Positions 49,376 to 60,769 of a DNA stretch of 64,000 nt are shown here, piece by piece. This DNA comes from an uncultured delta proteobacterium. Lineage in GTDB: Bacteria; Myxococcota_A; Polyangia; Fen-1088. The DNA lies in contig CAVYGB010000002.1 of the NCBI GenBank assembly GCA_963767925.1, positions 384,001 to 448,000 on the forward strand. Reading direction: 5' to 3'. The position numbers and the translations under genes were made by a program. The notes under the pieces are model-generated. The model did not search any database. It was not told where the DNA came from and was given only the letters and a program-made list of their open reading frames with translations. Every line of letters starts with the position of its first letter. Position 1 is the first letter of the stretch.

Positions 49376-51346
49376 ATGTGCGGAATCGTCGGGCTGATTG
49401 ATCCAGCGCGGGTCGCGCCCTTCGGGCCGGGCGGGCCGGCGGCGGGCGAGGAGGCGGCGCCGGGCGAGGTGCGGGCGGCGCTGGCGGCCATGAGCCGGGC
49501 GGTGGCGCCGCGGGGGCCGGACAGCGCGGGGACCTGGTTCGCCCCCGGGGTGGCGCTCGGGCACCGCCGGCTGAAGGTCATCGATCTCTCGGACGCGGCC
49601 GCGCAGCCGATGGGCAACGCGGACGGATCGGTGCAGGTGGTGTTCAACGGCGAGATCTACAACTTCGCCGACCTGCGCGCCGAGCTCATCGCCCAGGGGC
49701 ATCGCTTCCGCAGCCGGTCGGACACCGAGGTCCTGGTGCACGGCTACACCCAGTGGGGCGAGGGGCTGCTCGACCGGCTGGTGGGCATGTTCGCCTTCGG
49801 GCTGTGGGACGCCCGCCGGCGGCGCTTGCTGGCCGCCCGCGATCGCATGGGGAAAAAGCCCCTGTACTTCGCCCAGGTGGTCCGCGCCGGCGCCCCGCCC
49901 CTGTTCGCCTTCGCCTCCGAGCTGAAGGGCCTGCTGCCGGTGCCCGGCTTCGAGCGCCGCCTCGACCCGGCGGCGCTGGCCCGCTATCTCACCTTCGAAT
50001 ACGTGCCCCCGCCCCGCTCGATCTTCCAGGAGGCGCGCAAGCTGGACGCCGGCGAGCGGCTGCTGCTCGACCTGGCCGGCGACGCCGGGGCGGCGCCCGA
50101 GGTGCGGCGCTACTGGGACCTGCCCCTCCCCACCGAACACGCGCCCTGGCCGGCGGCGCCGGCGGCCGAGGAGCTGACCGCCCTGCTGCGGCGGGCGGTC
50201 GAGCGGCGGCTGGTGGGGGACGTGCCGCTGGGGGCCTTCCTGTCGGGGGGCCTCGACTCGTCGGCGGTGGTGGCGATGATGGCGGAGATCGCGGGCGCCG
50301 ACCGCATCGAGACCTTCTCGCTGGGGTTTGCCGAGCCCTCCTTCGACGAGAGCGCCCACGCCCGCCTGGTAGCCCGCCACCTGGGGACCCGGCACCACGA
50401 GCTGCGGCTGGACGCCCCCACCCTGCTGGCCACCTTGCCCGAGGTGACGGCATTCCTCGACGAGCCGCTCGGCGACGCGTCCATCGTGCCGACCTTCCTG
50501 CTCGCCCGCTTCACCCGGGGGCAGGTGACGGTCGCGCTGAGCGGCGACGGGGGCGACGAGCTGTTCGCCGGCTATCCGACCTTCGCCGCGGATCGCGCGG
50601 GGGGCCTGTACTTCGACCGGCTGCCGGCCCGCGCCCGGGCGCTGGTGGCGGCGGCGGCGGGGCGGCTGCGCGCGCGCAGCGGGTACTTCAGCCTGGACTT
50701 CAAGGTGAACCAGTTCCTGCGTGGCGGGAGCGAGCCGGGCGCCCACCGGCACCAGCGCTGGCTGGCCTCCTTCCTGCCCGAGGAGCTCGACGACCTGCTG
50801 GCGCCCGGGGCGACCGCCGCGCTCGCCGCCGACCGCGACCCCCTGGCCGATCTCGACCGCCTGGCGGGGGCCCGGGCCGGGTGGCACCCGCAGGATCGCC
50901 TGCTCGAGCTCTACGCCCGGTTTTATCTCGCCAACGACGTCAACGTGAAGGTGGACCGGGCGGCGGGGGCGGTCGGGCTGGAGGTGCGGGCGCCGCTGCA
51001 GGACACCGACCTCGTCACCTTCGCCTGCCAGCTCCCGCCCGCCCTGCGGCTGCGCGGCCTCACCCCGAAGTACATCCTCAAGCGGGCCATGCGCGGCCGC
51101 CTGCCGGAGTCGGTGCTGGCTCGGCGCAAGCAGGGGTTCGCGGTGCCGGTGGCCCGCTGGCTGCGCGAGGAGCTGCGCGAGCCGCTGCTCGACGAGCTGG
51201 CGCCGGCGAAGCTCCGGCGCGAGGGGCTGTTCCAGCCGGCCGCGGTTGCCCGGCTGATCGACGACCACCTGTCGGGGCGGCGCGATCGGCGCAAGCAGCT
51301 CTGGACGCTGTTCCAGTTCGAGCGCTGGCTGGCCGCCTGGGGCTGA
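49376..51346 (+). CDS. asnB: Asparagine synthase (glutamine-hydrolyzing) family amidotransferase
   Basis: MCGIVG, RGPD, LGHRRL, FNGEIYNF, RDRMGKKPLY, LSGGLDSS, SGDGGDELFAGY, RRKQGF. Confidence 0.93.
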   Translation: MCGIVGLIDPARVAPFGPGGPAAGEEAAPGEVRAALAAMSRAVAPRGPDSAGTWFAPGVALGHRRLKVIDLSDAAAQPMGNADGSVQVVFNGEIYNFADLRAELIAQGHRFRSRSDTEVLVHGYTQWGEGLLDRLVGMFAFGLWDARRRRLLAARDRMGKKPLYFAQVVRAGAPPLFAFASELKGLLPVPGFERRLDPAALARYLTFEYVPPPRSIFQEARKLDAGERLLLDLAGDAGAAPEVRRYWDLPLPTEHAPWPAAPAAEELTALLRRAVERRLVGDVPLGAFLSGGLDSSAVVAMMAEIAGADRIETFSLGFAEPSFDESAHARLVARHLGTRHHELRLDAPTLLATLPEVTAFLDEPLGDASIVPTFLLARFTRGQVTVALSGDGGDELFAGYPTFAADRAGGLYFDRLPARARALVAAAAGRLRARSGYFSLDFKVNQFLRGGSEPGAHRHQRWLASFLPEELDDLLAPGATAALAADRDPLADLDRLAGARAGWHPQDRLLELYARFYLANDVNVKVDRAAGAVGLEVRAPLQDTDLVTFACQLPPALRLRGLTPKYILKRAMRGRLPESVLARRKQGFAVPVARWLREELREPLLDELAPAKLRREGLFQPAAVARLIDDHLSGRRDRRKQLWTLFQFERWLAAWG

Positions 51347-51361
51347 CCGCGCGGGTCCCGC

Positions 51362-52153
51362 TCAGCGCGGATCGACCTTCGGCAGGTCGGTGAGGGTTGT
51401 CGGGGAGCGGGGGGGCGCCGGGCGCTCGGCCTGGGCAGGGGACGGCGGGCCGACATCGACGGTGGATGTGGGCAGGGCCGCGGCGGCCTCGGCGGCGACG
51501 GCCCCGGCGGCTGCCGCCAGGGGGGCGGTCTTGGTGAGCAGCTCGCGCCGGCGCGCGCGGCGGTAGCGGGCCAGCTTGAAGAGGACGAACCCGGCCCCGA
51601 CGATGGCGATGACCAGGATGCCGTATTCGGAGCGGCGGGCCCAGCGGACCACCCGGTCGATGTGCTCCCCGAAGATCCAGGCCAGATAGACCAGGAAGGG
51701 GACCGACAGCAGGGCCGCCATGCTGTTGTAGACCAGGAACACGGCCGGGCGGACGTGCAAGGTGCCGGCGGAGAAGAAGATCGAGAAGCGCAGGCCGGGC
51801 AGAAAGCGGCCCACGAAGATCACCTTGCTGCCGTACTTGCGAAAATAGGCCCGCACGCGCAGCTGTTTGCGGGCGCTGAACAGCCGCTGGAACGGCCCCC
51901 AGCCCAGGATGCGGCGGCCGAAATAGCGCCCGAGAAAAAACGCCGCGCAGTCACCACCGAGCACGGCGCCGAGGCAGACCAGGAACACGGTGTGGACGTT
52001 GACCACCCCGAGGTGGGCCATGTAGCCCCCCGAGATGAGCGAGATGTCCTCCGGAATGGGCAGCCCGAGGCCGCACAGGAGCAGAATTCCCGCCAGGGTC
52101 AGGTGAACCGACGTCGGCTCGAGCCTCAGGAGATGATCGAGCAGCCATTCCAT
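51362..52153 (-). CDS. DedA family membrane protein
   Basis: CGLGLPIPED, GAVLGGD, GRYFG, GRFLPGLR. Confidence 0.9.
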   Translation of the reverse strand: MEWLLDHLLRLEPTSVHLTLAGILLLCGLGLPIPEDISLISGGYMAHLGVVNVHTVFLVCLGAVLGGDCAAFFLGRYFGRRILGWGPFQRLFSARKQLRVRAYFRKYGSKVIFVGRFLPGLRFSIFFSAGTLHVRPAVFLVYNSMAALLSVPFLVYLAWIFGEHIDRVVRWARRSEYGILVIAIVGAGFVLFKLARYRRARRRELLTKTAPLAAAAGAVAAEAAAALPTSTVDVGPPSPAQAERPAPPRSPTTLTDLPKVDPR

Positions 52154-52320
52154 GGGCGAAAGCCCGTCCGCGGACGCTTCAAGCTCCCTCCCCATAGCAT
52201 GAACCCCGTCGAGGGACCCGGACGGAAGCGCAGCGATGAGAAAGCGTGGCCTGCCCGATTCTGCGTTGACACATCCCTGCGTAGTCTCATAGGTTTTGCG
52301 TCGTGGGCGAGGTCCGTTCG

Positions 52321-53091
52321 ATGTACACCAGGATAAAGTCTCCTGTCTTCGGCGTTCTGCTGGTCGGCCTGGGCATCGGCGTGGTTGTGGGTGTTTCGAG
52401 CTGCAAACCCGACTACCCCGCGTGTGAGTCCGACGGGGACTGCAAGCCCAGGGAGTTCTGTGTAAACCGTAGGTGCCAGCAGTGCCGGGACAACCGGGAC
52501 TGCCCCCCGGGTAGCTCCTGCGCGGCGGGCCGCTGCGCCCCCGTGGCCGGCTATTGCCAGGACAAGAGCCAGTGCCCCCCCGGGCAAGAGTGCATCGCGA
52601 ACCGCTGTCGGCCCTGCGTCGCCGACGGCGAGTGCCCCTCGGGCATGAAGTGCCTGCAGGGCGCTTGCCGCAAGCCCCAGTGCACCACCGACGATCAGTG
52701 CGCCCAGGACCAGGAGTGCCAGAACGGCTTCTGCGTGAGCGCGCGGCCCAACGCGGTCGCGGCCGCGCCCTGCCAGCTCGAGAGCGTGTACTTCGACTTC
52801 GACCGGGCCACGTTGACCAACGAGGCCACCACCGCGCTGGGCAACAACGCGGGCTGCCTCAAGCGGAGCGATCGCCCCGTGAACCTGGTGGGACGCGCCG
52901 ATTCGCGCGGCACGCCGGAGTACAACATGGCGCTGTCCGACCGGCGGTCGCAGGCGGTCAAGGACTACCTGCAGCGGCTGGGGCTCCCCACCAACCGCCT
53001 CATCCCCGTGCCGCGTGGTGAGCTCGACGCCGCCGGAGGCGACGAGGCCGGGTGGGCCCGCGACCGGCGGGTCGACTCGGAATGGCAGTGA
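52321..53091 (+). CDS. Pal/OmpA-family lipoprotein with N-terminal Cys-rich repeats
   Basis: Lipobox VSSC, five C-x4-C-x5-C-x4-C-like repeats, VYFDFD, GRADSRGTPEYNMALSDRRSQAV, RDRRVD; followed by cpoB. Confidence 0.88.
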   Translation: MYTRIKSPVFGVLLVGLGIGVVVGVSSCKPDYPACESDGDCKPREFCVNRRCQQCRDNRDCPPGSSCAAGRCAPVAGYCQDKSQCPPGQECIANRCRPCVADGECPSGMKCLQGACRKPQCTTDDQCAQDQECQNGFCVSARPNAVAAAPCQLESVYFDFDRATLTNEATTALGNNAGCLKRSDRPVNLVGRADSRGTPEYNMALSDRRSQAVKDYLQRLGLPTNRLIPVPRGELDAAGGDEAGWARDRRVDSEWQ

Positions 53092-53895
53092 GGCCACCGG
53101 TGGCCCGCCGCTGGGCGCTCGTGGGCCTCGTGCTGGCCACGGGCTGCGTCACGACCGGCGAGGGCGACATGATGCGCAAGGACATCACGCTCCTGCGCCA
53201 GCGGCTCGAGCACATGGAGCGGCGGGGGTCGGAGGCCGAGGAGCAGATGACCCGGCTGCGCACCATCCTCGACGAGGCCACCGCGCTGCTGGCGCGCAAC
53301 AACGCCGACGTGGGGGCCCGGGTGCAGAAGACCGAGATGGACCTCGGCGCCATCTCCGGCAAGCTGGAGGAGGCCAAACACCTGCATCGAGCAGGTCCAG
53401 AAGAAGCAGGTCGAGGACACCGGCCGGCTGACCGCGCTCGAGCAGGGGCAGCAGAAGATCGTCGACCGGGTGGCCCCGGCCATGGCCGAGGACCCCGCGA
53501 CGCTGTGGAAGCAGGCGCAGGAGCGGATGGCGGGGGGCATGCGCGAGGACAGCCGGCGGTTCTTCCGCGGCTTCATCCAGCGCTTCCCCCAGGACCCGCG
53601 GGCGCCGCAGGCTTATCTGGAGATCGGGCGCTCCTACGCGCTCGAGGGGAAACACACCCAGGCGGCGGCGGAGTACCAGCGCGTGCTGGACGCCTTCCCG
53701 AAGTCGCCCGAGGTCCCCGAGGCGATGTGGCTGATCGGCCAGTCTTTCGTCGACCTGAAGTTCTGCACCGACGCCCGGGCCTTCCTGCAGGATCTCGTGC
53801 GCCGCTACCCGCGCTCGCCCCGGATCAACGAGGCGAAGACCCGCCTGCGCGACCTGCAGAAGCTGATCAAAGACAAGCGCGTCTGCGCCAGCTAG
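53088..53895 (+). CDS. cpoB: CpoB/YbgF-like TPR lipoprotein (one frameshift near 53385)
   Basis: LATGC lipobox, coiled coil, FIQRFPQDPRAPQAYLEIG, FPKSPEVPEAM, YPRS; overlaps the Pal-like gene (GTGA). Confidence 0.8.
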
Positions 53896-54035
53896 CCGGG
53901 CCCGAGCCCAGCGAGGGGACCCGGCTATTTTCTACGGCGTTGTCCTGGCCAAGCCGGCCAGGCGCGCGCCGGACGGTTCGAGCGCGCCAAGCCGGTGGGC
54001 GGACGTTCGCGCCGGCCCGGAGTAGGATGTCGGCC

Positions 54036-55493
54036 ATGCGAAGCGACCGCGACAGCTTGCCAGGGGGGTGGGCGGCGCGCAGGCGCCGGCAGGCGGCACG
54101 CAGCGATCGCCCGGGACGCGGCTGGCGGCCGGCGGGCGCGGCGACCAGAGCGGCGCTTTTCCTGATTGCGGGCCTGTCCGGGGCGTGCGCGACTACCCGG
54201 GCGGTGCAGACCGGGCAGACCGAGCAAGCGGAGGATACCCGCCACCCCAACGACCTCGCCATCGGCGATCCGGGCCGGCGGGACAACGTGCTGACGGTGC
54301 CGGCGGGGGCCCTGCTCGACACGCGGCGGGGCGATCGGGTCAGCGCCGACGAGATGGCGGCGCGCCTCGATGACGTGCGCCTGGTGTTCGTCGGGGAGAC
54401 CCACGCCAACCCGGCGGCGCAGGAGACGGAGCTGCGGGTGCTCGAGGCCCTGGCCCGGCGGGGGCGCAAGGTGCTGGTGGGGCTGGAGATGTTGCCCGCC
54501 TCGGTGCAGCCGGCCCTCGATCGCTGGGTCGCCGGCGACGGGAGCGAGGACGACCTGCTGCGTGGGATCCACTGGTACAAGCACTGGGGCTTCCACTTCG
54601 GCTACTACCGGCCCATCTTCCAGTTCGCCCGCGACAACAAGGCCCCCATGGTCGGGGTCAACGTCGAGCGCGAGGTGATCACCAACGTCCGCAAGATCGG
54701 CCTCGACAAGCTGGCGCCCGAGGACCGGGCCAAGCTGCCGCCGCGGCTCGATCTCGACAACGCCGAGCACCGCGCGCTGTTCACGGCTTACATGGGCGGG
54801 GCCCACGAGATGCCGCCCGACATGCTCGAGGGGATGTTCCGGGCCCAGTGCGCCTGGGACGGGGTGATGGGCTGGAACGCGGTGCGGGCGCTGCAGGCCG
54901 AGCCGGATCCCCGGGCGGTCATGGTGGTGCTGATCGGGGTGGGCCACGTGGCCTACGGCCTGGGGGCGCAGCGGCAGGCCGACCTGTGGGGCAACTTCAA
55001 GGCGGCGTCGGTGGCCTCGGTGGCCGAGGCCGACGAGGACGGCGCGGCCCGGACCGTGCGCGGCTCGTTCGCCGACTTCATCTGGGGGGCGCCGGCGCCC
55101 GACAAGGCGCCCGTCTACCCGACGCTGGGCGCGTCGCTGACCGACAAGCCGGGCGCGACCGGCCCGGCCATCTCGGGGATCCGACCGGGCTCGCCGGCGG
55201 CCAAGGCCGGCCTGGCAGCGGGGGACATGGTGACGGCGATCGACGGGGTGGCCACGCCCGACAAGGAGGCGACCCTGTTCGAGATGGCCCGCAAGGGCTG
55301 GGGCGACACGGTGGCGGTCGAGGTGGTGCGCAAGGAGGGCAAGAAGACCCTCTCCGCCCTGCTCGAGCGAGCGCCCGCCCCGGCCGTGACGCCGGCCCCC
55401 ACCTCGCCGGCGCCGGCTCCGGGCGAGGCGAAGCCCCCTGACACCGCGCCCCCGACCGGAGCCAAGCCGCCCACCGCGCCCCACGGCAAGTGA
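54036..55493 (+). CDS. ChaN-family lipoprotein with a C-terminal PDZ domain
   Basis: LSGAC lipobox, VFVGETH, VGLEM, YYRPIF, AQCAWD, GVGHVAYG, GSPAAKAGLAAGDMVTAIDG. Confidence 0.85.
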   Translation: MRSDRDSLPGGWAARRRRQAARSDRPGRGWRPAGAATRAALFLIAGLSGACATTRAVQTGQTEQAEDTRHPNDLAIGDPGRRDNVLTVPAGALLDTRRGDRVSADEMAARLDDVRLVFVGETHANPAAQETELRVLEALARRGRKVLVGLEMLPASVQPALDRWVAGDGSEDDLLRGIHWYKHWGFHFGYYRPIFQFARDNKAPMVGVNVEREVITNVRKIGLDKLAPEDRAKLPPRLDLDNAEHRALFTAYMGGAHEMPPDMLEGMFRAQCAWDGVMGWNAVRALQAEPDPRAVMVVLIGVGHVAYGLGAQRQADLWGNFKAASVASVAEADEDGAARTVRGSFADFIWGAPAPDKAPVYPTLGASLTDKPGATGPAISGIRPGSPAAKAGLAAGDMVTAIDGVATPDKEATLFEMARKGWGDTVAVEVVRKEGKKTLSALLERAPAPAVTPAPTSPAPAPGEAKPPDTAPPTGAKPPTAPHGK

Positions 55494-55594
55494 GCCCGGC
55501 GCGGCGCGGGCGGCGGTCCTGCGCTGCGTTTGCTGCCGGAGGCGGCTGGTGGAACCGGTTCCACTGGGAGGGGGGTCGGTGGTAGGAGTCGCTC

Positions 55595-56671
55595 ATGCGA
55601 AGTTTGCTGGCGGCCCTGGGTTGTCTTGCCGTGGCGCTGGGCGGTGTGGGGGGAGCGCGGGCGGCTGACCCGCCGCTGCCCACGGGGAACGTCAAGGACT
55701 TCAAGGTGCGGGCGGCCCTGCACTCGATCGGGTACGCGGGCATCTGGCGCGGGCAGGCGCGGCTCTCGGTCGACGACTTCCTCAAGAAGGCCAAGCACCT
55801 CGGCTACGAGGGCGTGGCCCTCATGGCCAAGCGGCCCCACGTCTCGCCCTACGACTACGACGACAAGGCCCGCAAGGCCCTGCGCGCCCGGATGGACGAG
55901 CTGGGGCTCAAGCTGGCCTTCCTCGCGGGGTACACCGACTTCACCGCCGGCATCGACAAGCCCGGCATCCCCCACCTCGAGATCCAGGCGCTCTACGTGG
56001 GCGAGGTGGCCCGCCTGGCGCGCGACCTCGGCACCCCGATGGTGCGCATCTTCACCGGCTACGAGCGCCCGGGGATCCCCTACGACAAGCAATACGAGCT
56101 TGTAGCCGAGGGGTTGAAGATGGCCGGGCGGGAGGCGGCCAAATACGGCATCACGCTGGCGGTGCAGAACCACCACGACATCGCCATCCACCACGACGCC
56201 ATGAGCTGGCTGATCAGGGAGGTGGGCCTGCCCAACGTCAAGGTGGGCTGGGACGCCTGGTCGCCCCAGCTCGAGGGCCTCTCCGCCGCGGAGATCCGCC
56301 GCTCGGTGCTGAGCATGAAGCCCTGGCTGATCAACACCATCGCCGCCGACTACGTGCGCCTGCCCCGCTACACCTACCAGAACGAGCTCACCAACTACCG
56401 GGCCCAGGAGAGCCTCATGCGGGCGGTGCCGATGGGCAAGGGCATCGTCGACTACAAGACCTTCATCGGCGCCCTGCGGGACATCGGCTACCAGGGCTTC
56501 ATCACCTACGAGATGTGCGAGGTGCTCGACGGCGGCGGGTCGATCGAGAACCTCGACCGCACCGCCCGGGGCTTCCTCGACTACGTCAAGCAGTTCGACC
56601 CACGTCAGCGAAAGAACGCGACGTGGACGTTGAACGAGGCGGCGCCGCCGGTGCCGCCCGGGTCGAGGTAA
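55595..56671 (+). CDS. Sugar phosphate isomerase/epimerase (xylose isomerase-like TIM barrel) with a signal peptide
   Basis: AKHLGYEGV, LGTPMVRIFTG, LAVQNHH, GKGIVDY, IGYQGFITYE. Confidence 0.85.
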   Translation: MRSLLAALGCLAVALGGVGGARAADPPLPTGNVKDFKVRAALHSIGYAGIWRGQARLSVDDFLKKAKHLGYEGVALMAKRPHVSPYDYDDKARKALRARMDELGLKLAFLAGYTDFTAGIDKPGIPHLEIQALYVGEVARLARDLGTPMVRIFTGYERPGIPYDKQYELVAEGLKMAGREAAKYGITLAVQNHHDIAIHHDAMSWLIREVGLPNVKVGWDAWSPQLEGLSAAEIRRSVLSMKPWLINTIAADYVRLPRYTYQNELTNYRAQESLMRAVPMGKGIVDYKTFIGALRDIGYQGFITYEMCEVLDGGGSIENLDRTARGFLDYVKQFDPRQRKNATWTLNEAAPPVPPGSR

Positions 56672-58479
56672 TAGAAGGTCGCGGCGGCGCGGCCCTCGGC
56701 CGCCACCGCGACCTCGGGGTGGTAGGCCTGCAGGCCGTCGACGGTGCCGAGCACCACCTCCGCCTGCCAGCCCACCGCCGCGACCGAATAGCGGCGCACG
56801 ATCACGCTGGCGGTGTCGGCCGTGGCGCTGACCTTGCGCCGCCAGACCGCGTGGACGTTGCCGGCGGCGTCGAGGCCCAGCCGGGGGATGGGGTCCTCGG
56901 TGGTCAGGCCGCTGGCCTGGTTGCTGGTCTCCAGGGCCTGGGCGCCGGTCCAGCCGGTCTGGGGGTGATAGCGGGTGTGCACGACGTTCCAGCGGTAACC
57001 TACGATGGGCTGGGTGAAGGCCACGGTGGCCTGGCCAGTGGCATCGATGACCACCGCCGGGGCGCTGACCCAGTCGGCGGTCAGGACGCGCTGGGGACCC
57101 CGCCAGCCGCTGCCGCTGGCCGGCGTCCACGCGTTGTAATAGAGGTCGGCGGTGTTGTCCCCGCGCTGCTGCCAGACCGCCATGCCCCGGCTGCCGTCGG
57201 CGGCGATGGCGACGTCGACCTCACCGGCGGCGTCGCCGTAGCTGTCGAGCGGGGCGGGGGTGCCCACGGCGCCGGCGGTGAGCTCGGCGGCCCAGATGCT
57301 GTCCTCGCCGTCGTCGTCGTCCTGCACCCAGGCCAGCAGGCCGGCGCCCCCCTCGGACATCGCCACCCGGGGGTAGCGCTCGTCGGCGTCGGAGCCGGGC
57401 TTCACCTCGGCCACGTCCGAGAAGGTCGTGGTGGCGGGATTGAGGTGGGCCGACCAGAGGCTGTTGATGTTCTCGCTCGACTCCTGCCAGGCCACCCGGG
57501 CGGCGCCGTCGGCCGCCACCGCCAGCGCCAGCTCGTGGTAGACGGGGCCGGCGTGCACGAGCACCGGCTCGGACCAGGTGGCGCCCGCGTCGGCCGAGTG
57601 GCGGGCCCACAGGCCCTGCAGGCCGGGGTCCACCTCGGAGGTGCGCATGTACCACACGATGACGGCGCGGCCGCCGGCCGACATCGCCACCTGCACGGCG
57701 TCGGTGGTGCCGCGCGACTCGATGGTCTGCACGGCGCCCCAGGCGCGGGTGGCGCCGTCCTGGCGGCGGAGCTTGACGCCCACCCCTTCGCGCCAGGCGA
57801 CGATCACGTTGCCCCGGCCGTCGATGGCGACGTCGGGGGTGTACGAGCCCGCCAGCGGGTCCTGCTCGATGTCGGCGCCGGGGGTCCAGGTCCGGTTCTC
57901 GACGACGGGCGCGTCGCCGGGGCTGTCGACCGGCAGGTCGGGGCTGCCGCCGTCGGGCACGGGGCCGTCGGTGGGCGGGGCGCCGTCGGATCCGCCGGGG
58001 CCGTCGGCGCCCGCATCCGGGCGGTCGCCGCCGGCGTCGCCGCTGCCCCCGTCGCCGCCGGGCACCTCGGGCGCCAGCAGGAGCTGCACCAGCAAGGCCC
58101 GCTCGCCCTCGCCCACCGTGAGGGTGATCCGGCTGGCCGAGGCGATGGCCACCCCGGCGGCGTTGTAGCCGCGGGCGCCCACCGAGACCGATCCGGAGTA
58201 GCCGTCGGGCAGGTAGACGCCCACCTGCAGGGGGGTGCCGGCGGCGGCGGTCCAGTCGAAGCGCTGCCGCCGCACCTCGCGCTCGGTGTTGCCCACCACC
58301 TCGGCCACCGACACGTCGACCGTTCGCAGGCCTGCCACCGACCCGGGGGCGATGTCGACCGGGATCAAGGCGCGGGCGCCGGAGCCCCCGCAGCCAGCCA
58401 GGGCCACGACAAGGGCGACGCCCAGAGCGACGGCGGCCGGCCCGCCGGCGCGCACGGTAGCTGCGCCGGTCACTGGCAT
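56605..58479 (-). CDS. Lipoprotein with repeated beta-strand (propeller-like) modules
   Basis: LVVALAGC lipobox, DG-rich linker, repeats such as PDVAIDGRGNVIVAW, PRVAMSEGG and PRLGLDAAGNVHAVW. Confidence 0.75.
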   Translation of the reverse strand: MPVTGAATVRAGGPAAVALGVALVVALAGCGGSGARALIPVDIAPGSVAGLRTVDVSVAEVVGNTEREVRRQRFDWTAAAGTPLQVGVYLPDGYSGSVSVGARGYNAAGVAIASASRITLTVGEGERALLVQLLLAPEVPGGDGGSGDAGGDRPDAGADGPGGSDGAPPTDGPVPDGGSPDLPVDSPGDAPVVENRTWTPGADIEQDPLAGSYTPDVAIDGRGNVIVAWREGVGVKLRRQDGATRAWGAVQTIESRGTTDAVQVAMSAGGRAVIVWYMRTSEVDPGLQGLWARHSADAGATWSEPVLVHAGPVYHELALAVAADGAARVAWQESSENINSLWSAHLNPATTTFSDVAEVKPGSDADERYPRVAMSEGGAGLLAWVQDDDDGEDSIWAAELTAGAVGTPAPLDSYGDAAGEVDVAIAADGSRGMAVWQQRGDNTADLYYNAWTPASGSGWRGPQRVLTADWVSAPAVVIDATGQATVAFTQPIVGYRWNVVHTRYHPQTGWTGAQALETSNQASGLTTEDPIPRLGLDAAGNVHAVWRRKVSATADTASVIVRRYSVAAVGWQAEVVLGTVDGLQAYHPEVAVAAEGRAAATFYYLDPGGTGGAASFNVHVAFFR

Positions 58480-59110
58480 TGCCGCCCCGGATCGCAGGCG
58501 GGCATGTCGGGGCCGCCGGCGGCGAACGCCAGCGCGACGCCGCCGAGCACGGCGACGCCCACCGCCGTCCAGAACCACCAGCGCCGGTAGATCGGCGGGC
58601 GCCGGGGGTCGGGCGGGGGCGCGGTGATCTGCAAGTTGACCGGAGCGGGGGCCGGGTCGACCGCGGCGGGCAAGGGAGGTGGCGCCGGCTCGGGCTCGGC
58701 CGCAGCAGCGGCCACGGCCGCCGCGCGGCTGTCGCGGAGCTGCTCCATCTCCTGGATGTAGCCCTGGATCTCCTCGCGCTCGTCGCGGTCGGCGTTGCGA
58801 GCCTTGCGCAGGTACTCCTTGAACGACCGGATGGCCTTCTCCGGCTCATCCAGGTTCTGGTAGCAGCGCCCGATGTTGCGCAGGTAGTTGGGGTGGAGCT
58901 TCTCGGCGTAGAGCTTCACGTACAGGTCGAGCGCGTCCTGGTAGCGGCCGGCGGCGTAGGCCTCCCGGGCCCGCATCTCGCGCCGGTCCTTCACCGGCGC
59001 GGCCTCCGCCAGGTTGGGCGCGACGATCGCCCCGGCGACGGCGCCGACCCCGCCCGCGAGCCACAGCAGCACCCCAATCGCCGCCCAGCGCCGATGCGCC
59101 CGCAGCTCCC

Positions 59111-59114
<4 letters not shown>
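58470..59114 (-). CDS. TPR-domain membrane protein (myxobacterial type)
   Basis: Signal peptide, [45 protein letters not shown] segment; GTGA overlaps at both ends. Confidence 0.85.
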
Positions 59115-60593
<1,479 letters not shown>

Positions 60594-60769
60594 CGCCGCC
60601 CATTATCTCTCGAAACGCCTCGCCAGGTCCTCTCCCGAATCGCAGTTTCCTCGACGGACGGGCGTTCCCCTGGCCCCACCTCTCGCACCTTCACCGATTT
60701 CGGCCCCGCTGACCTCGATAGCCATACAGCGCGCCCACCTTTCCGGTCGCCGCGCGCTATGCTCGGCCG

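Noticed and set aside
49376..51346. asnB as a lasso-peptide cyclase or Pel-modifying enzyme
   Set aside because: It has an intact N-terminal Cys glutaminase domain, no precursor or B-protein genes nearby, and lies 34 kb from pel.
53052..55493. CpoB-ChaN-PDZ fusion (813 aa)
   Set aside because: A frameshift near 53385 diverts the frame; cpoB ends at 53895 and ChaN has its own lipobox.
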